A stretch of DNA of 32,000 nucleotides from Fibrobacter sp. Its GTDB lineage: Bacteria > Fibrobacterota > Fibrobacteria > Fibrobacterales > Fibrobacteraceae. The first letter of the stretch is position 1. The number at the start of each line of letters is the position of its first letter. The stretch covers positions 51,801 to 83,800 of the forward strand of contig JAKSIH010000004.1 in the NCBI GenBank assembly GCA_024398935.1, given 5' to 3'. The notes under the pieces are model-generated. The model had not been told where the DNA came from, made no database searches, and saw only the letters and a program-made list of their open reading frames with translations. The position numbers were made by a program, and so were the translations under genes. Shown in pieces: positions 29,619 through 32,000 of this stretch.

Positions 29619-31712
29619 ATGAAAAGCAATGTCTGGAAAGGAATTTTTACGGCTGGTCTGTTTGGACTGGCGGCAAACTTGTGGGCAGAGCCAGAAAACC
29701 CCACTCCTTACGTCGTTGACAATCAGGGCGACACCCTGACCATCCGCCGCATGGGGGATGAACATTACAATTTCGCCCAGACCATCGACGGCTTTCTCAT
29801 CATCCAGGATTCCACCGGCTGTTTCTATTATGCCGACGAGTCCGGCAATAGCACTTCCATTAAGGCGAAAGGCGAAGGGAGCCGCAGCCAGAAAGATTGG
29901 AAATTCCTGAAATCCCTGGACCGTGACGCCTCCTATCGGGCGCACCGTAGGAACAATCCCGACCGCCTTGTTCCTCCCGAGAAACGTAAACGTCCCAACT
30001 GGCTTCCTACGGTGCGACAAGACTCTTCCGAGCGTCAAGGCTCTTCTGTAACAGAGGGCGATTCACGGCCCATGATGCGTTTGCCGAAGCCTGCTGGACA
30101 TGCTAGCGGGACCAACCGTTTTCCTGTGATTCTCGTTGCCGGTTCCGGTTCTACCAACTGCGATTCCCTGGCCTATTACAACCGCCTCAATCAGGTGGGT
30201 TACAACAAGGATAGTCACACCGGTTCTGTTCGGGACTATTTTGTAGACCAGTCCAGTGGGATTTTCGTTCCCAGCTTCGACGTGTATGTGGTGACCATCT
30301 CCAATGTCCTGTCCAGTTATAAGGGAACCGAGTACAATCTTGTAAGGGACGCTCTCGTCGCCTTTAAGAATAAGTATCCTAAAGTCGATGCATCCAAGTA
30401 TGATGCCGATGGCGATGGCTACGTGGATCTGGTTTCCGTTATTTTTGCCGGGTCCCGTGATCAGGCCGGATTAGGTGGCCAGCAGTATGCTCTGAAATGG
30501 AAGAATCTGGTTCAGACCATCGGTGGGAAAAAATTCGACAGCTACTTTATCGCGGCCCAGATGGAAAACTCCTATGCCATCAAGAACATCGGCTCCTTTG
30601 TTCATGAGTTCGGCCATTCCCTAGGGCTAAGCGACCATTATTCCGTCTACAATAATTCAACGACCTTTACCACTCAATACCAGGGGACTCATGCCTGGGA
30701 TGTGATGGCGACGGGAATGTACAACAACAATGGCGCCACTCCGCCTGGCTACAGCGCCTTCGAGAAAAATTCTCTAGGCTGGTTGGATTATACGCCCTTT
30801 GATGCATCCCAGAAGGTAATGGTCGTCCCGCCTCTTCATGACTCGGGCGTGGCTTACAAGATTCCCGTTAGTGGAAATGCGGATGAATGGTTTGTTCTGG
30901 AAAATCGACAACTGAAGAAATGGGATGCTTACTTGCCTAATCACGGTATGCTTATCTGGCATATTGATTATGTATATAGCGTGTGGTATGGCGATAAGGT
31001 GAACGATACGGAAGATCACCAGCATGTGGATGTTGTGGAAGCGGGAAATCTTCCCGTTACCAGTTATTCAGATGGTTTCAAGAGCACCCATCTGAAGGAC
31101 GATCCTTTCCCAGGGTCCCAGAATGTGACTTCCTTTGCAGGCTTTAAATCCTGGGCTGGAGTCGATCAAGGCGTCAAACTTTACAACATTACAGAAAAGA
31201 ATGGCAACATCTGCTTTGCTACGGCTTCTGGCGTGGATGTGGGGGATTGTGCCGTCGTTTCTTCAAGTAGTTCCGTTACTCCTGTTGTATCTAGTAGTTC
31301 CGTTGCTGTTTCGAGTAGTTCTGTCGCGCCGGTGGCTTCTTCTTCTAGCGTCGTGCCTGCGGTGTCAAGCTCGTCCAAGGTTCCCGAACGTGTTGAGGAA
31401 TCCAGCAGTTCTACGAACCCCGAACATGTTGAAAAATCGAGTTCGTCAACGCTTGGAATTCCTGAAACGACAAGGTTGGCTTCAGGAATCCGCATGAGCA
31501 TTTCGGCGGGTGTTCTTGAATTGATTATGCCCGCAGAAGGAACAAAGCAGGTAAAGGTTTTTGACTTGCAGGGGAATAAGATTTATGATCGTCCGGTGGA
31601 AAGTTTCCGGGTGACGATTGATGTTGAACGTTTACTTCCCATAGGTTCTTATGTCGTCTTTGTTCAAGGGGCTAATGGCCTATATGAAACAAGGCGTTTC
31701 ATAAACCGCTAG
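29619..31712 (+). CDS. Secreted M6-family (immune inhibitor A-like) zinc metalloprotease with a Ser-rich linker and a C-terminal sorting-type domain
   Basis: The start was moved to MKSNVWKGIFTAGLFGLAANLWA, with AAAGGAG 12 nt upstream. It has the zinc motif HEFGHSLGLSDHY, a linker of (SSSSV-x)n, and a final ~75 aa (VKVFDLQGNKIY...GSYVVFVQ...) that resemble a T9SS C-terminal domain. Confidence 0.83.
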   Translation: MKSNVWKGIFTAGLFGLAANLWAEPENPTPYVVDNQGDTLTIRRMGDEHYNFAQTIDGFLIIQDSTGCFYYADESGNSTSIKAKGEGSRSQKDWKFLKSLDRDASYRAHRRNNPDRLVPPEKRKRPNWLPTVRQDSSERQGSSVTEGDSRPMMRLPKPAGHASGTNRFPVILVAGSGSTNCDSLAYYNRLNQVGYNKDSHTGSVRDYFVDQSSGIFVPSFDVYVVTISNVLSSYKGTEYNLVRDALVAFKNKYPKVDASKYDADGDGYVDLVSVIFAGSRDQAGLGGQQYALKWKNLVQTIGGKKFDSYFIAAQMENSYAIKNIGSFVHEFGHSLGLSDHYSVYNNSTTFTTQYQGTHAWDVMATGMYNNNGATPPGYSAFEKNSLGWLDYTPFDASQKVMVVPPLHDSGVAYKIPVSGNADEWFVLENRQLKKWDAYLPNHGMLIWHIDYVYSVWYGDKVNDTEDHQHVDVVEAGNLPVTSYSDGFKSTHLKDDPFPGSQNVTSFAGFKSWAGVDQGVKLYNITEKNGNICFATASGVDVGDCAVVSSSSSVTPVVSSSSVAVSSSSVAPVASSSSVVPAVSSSSKVPERVEESSSSTNPEHVEKSSSSTLGIPETTRLASGIRMSISAGVLELIMPAEGTKQVKVFDLQGNKIYDRPVESFRVTIDVERLLPIGSYVVFVQGANGLYETRRFINR

Positions 31713-31831
31713 TTTTTGATGCTTGCTGAAATTGGCCCGCACAATGTTGTGGAAAAACCGTGTTTTTCTGCGGGTGAAAATGAAGCCCTCCTAAAGTGAA
31801 TGTATATTTAGGTGCATAGGAGGAATAAAAA

Positions 31832-32000
31832 ATGAAAATTCGCAAGTTTTGGAAGAAGGCCATGTTGGCGGCGTTTGCCTCTATGTGGGCAGGCTGTGAC
31901 GATGGTTCTTCTAGTTCGTCTGAATTTGTGCCGGAATATGGTGCTCCCTGCTATGAAGACAATGGTTGCGAGGTCATGCCGGATTATGGCGTTCTCTATA
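31832..32000 (+). CDS. Lipoprotein, 5' fragment (runs off the window)
   Basis: AGGAGGA lies 7 nt upstream of the ATG. Translation reads MKIRKFWKKAMLAAFASMWAGCDDGSSSSSEFVPEYGAPCYEDNGCEVMPDYGVLY, with a lipobox WAGC. The frame stays open to the window end. Confidence 0.55.
   Translation, partial: MKIRKFWKKAMLAAFASMWAGCDDGSSSSSEFVPEYGAPCYEDNGCEVMPDYGVLY

Noticed and set aside
31255-31440. A serine-codon-rich repetitive DNA stretch.
   Set aside because: It is an in-frame Ser-rich interdomain linker of the M6 protease, typical of Fibrobacter secreted enzymes, and not a separate repeat element.

Overview
This chromosomal window looks like a Fibrobacter (F. succinogenes-type) genome. The markers are two proteins with the 'Fibrobacter succinogenes major paralogous domain', a TIGR02147/DUF4423-type HTH protein, a circularly permuted GH16 lichenase homologue and Ser-rich linkers. 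I support 24 protein genes, one tRNA-Val(GAC) and several intrinsic terminators. The genes are sufS, epmA, a TlpA-like thiol-disulfide oxidoreductase, pilT-pilC, a GH16 glucanase, alaS, a GGGP-synthase-family enzyme, a LysR regulator, a YidE/YbjL-type transporter, an Sfp-type PPTase, pilD, an M6 metalloprotease, and several lipoproteins including a 1773-aa giant. I saw no CRISPR array, rRNA, transposase, integrase or recognisable defence gene. There are four main leads. (1) A tandem ~95-nt repeat array with terminator-like hairpins fills the 3' gap after the giant-lipoprotein operon (18984..19406). (2) The giant lipoprotein is translationally coupled to a small unassigned cytoplasmic protein. 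(3) A TIGR02147 HTH gene overlaps a lipoprotein gene, and GTTCTCAA/TTGAGAAC inverted half-sites sit at both gene starts. (4) A tiny membrane-protein gene lies in a direct- and inverted-repeat-bounded cassette at the left edge. All functional interpretations are hypotheses drawn from reading the sequence; I ran no database search. Family names come from memory of motifs.
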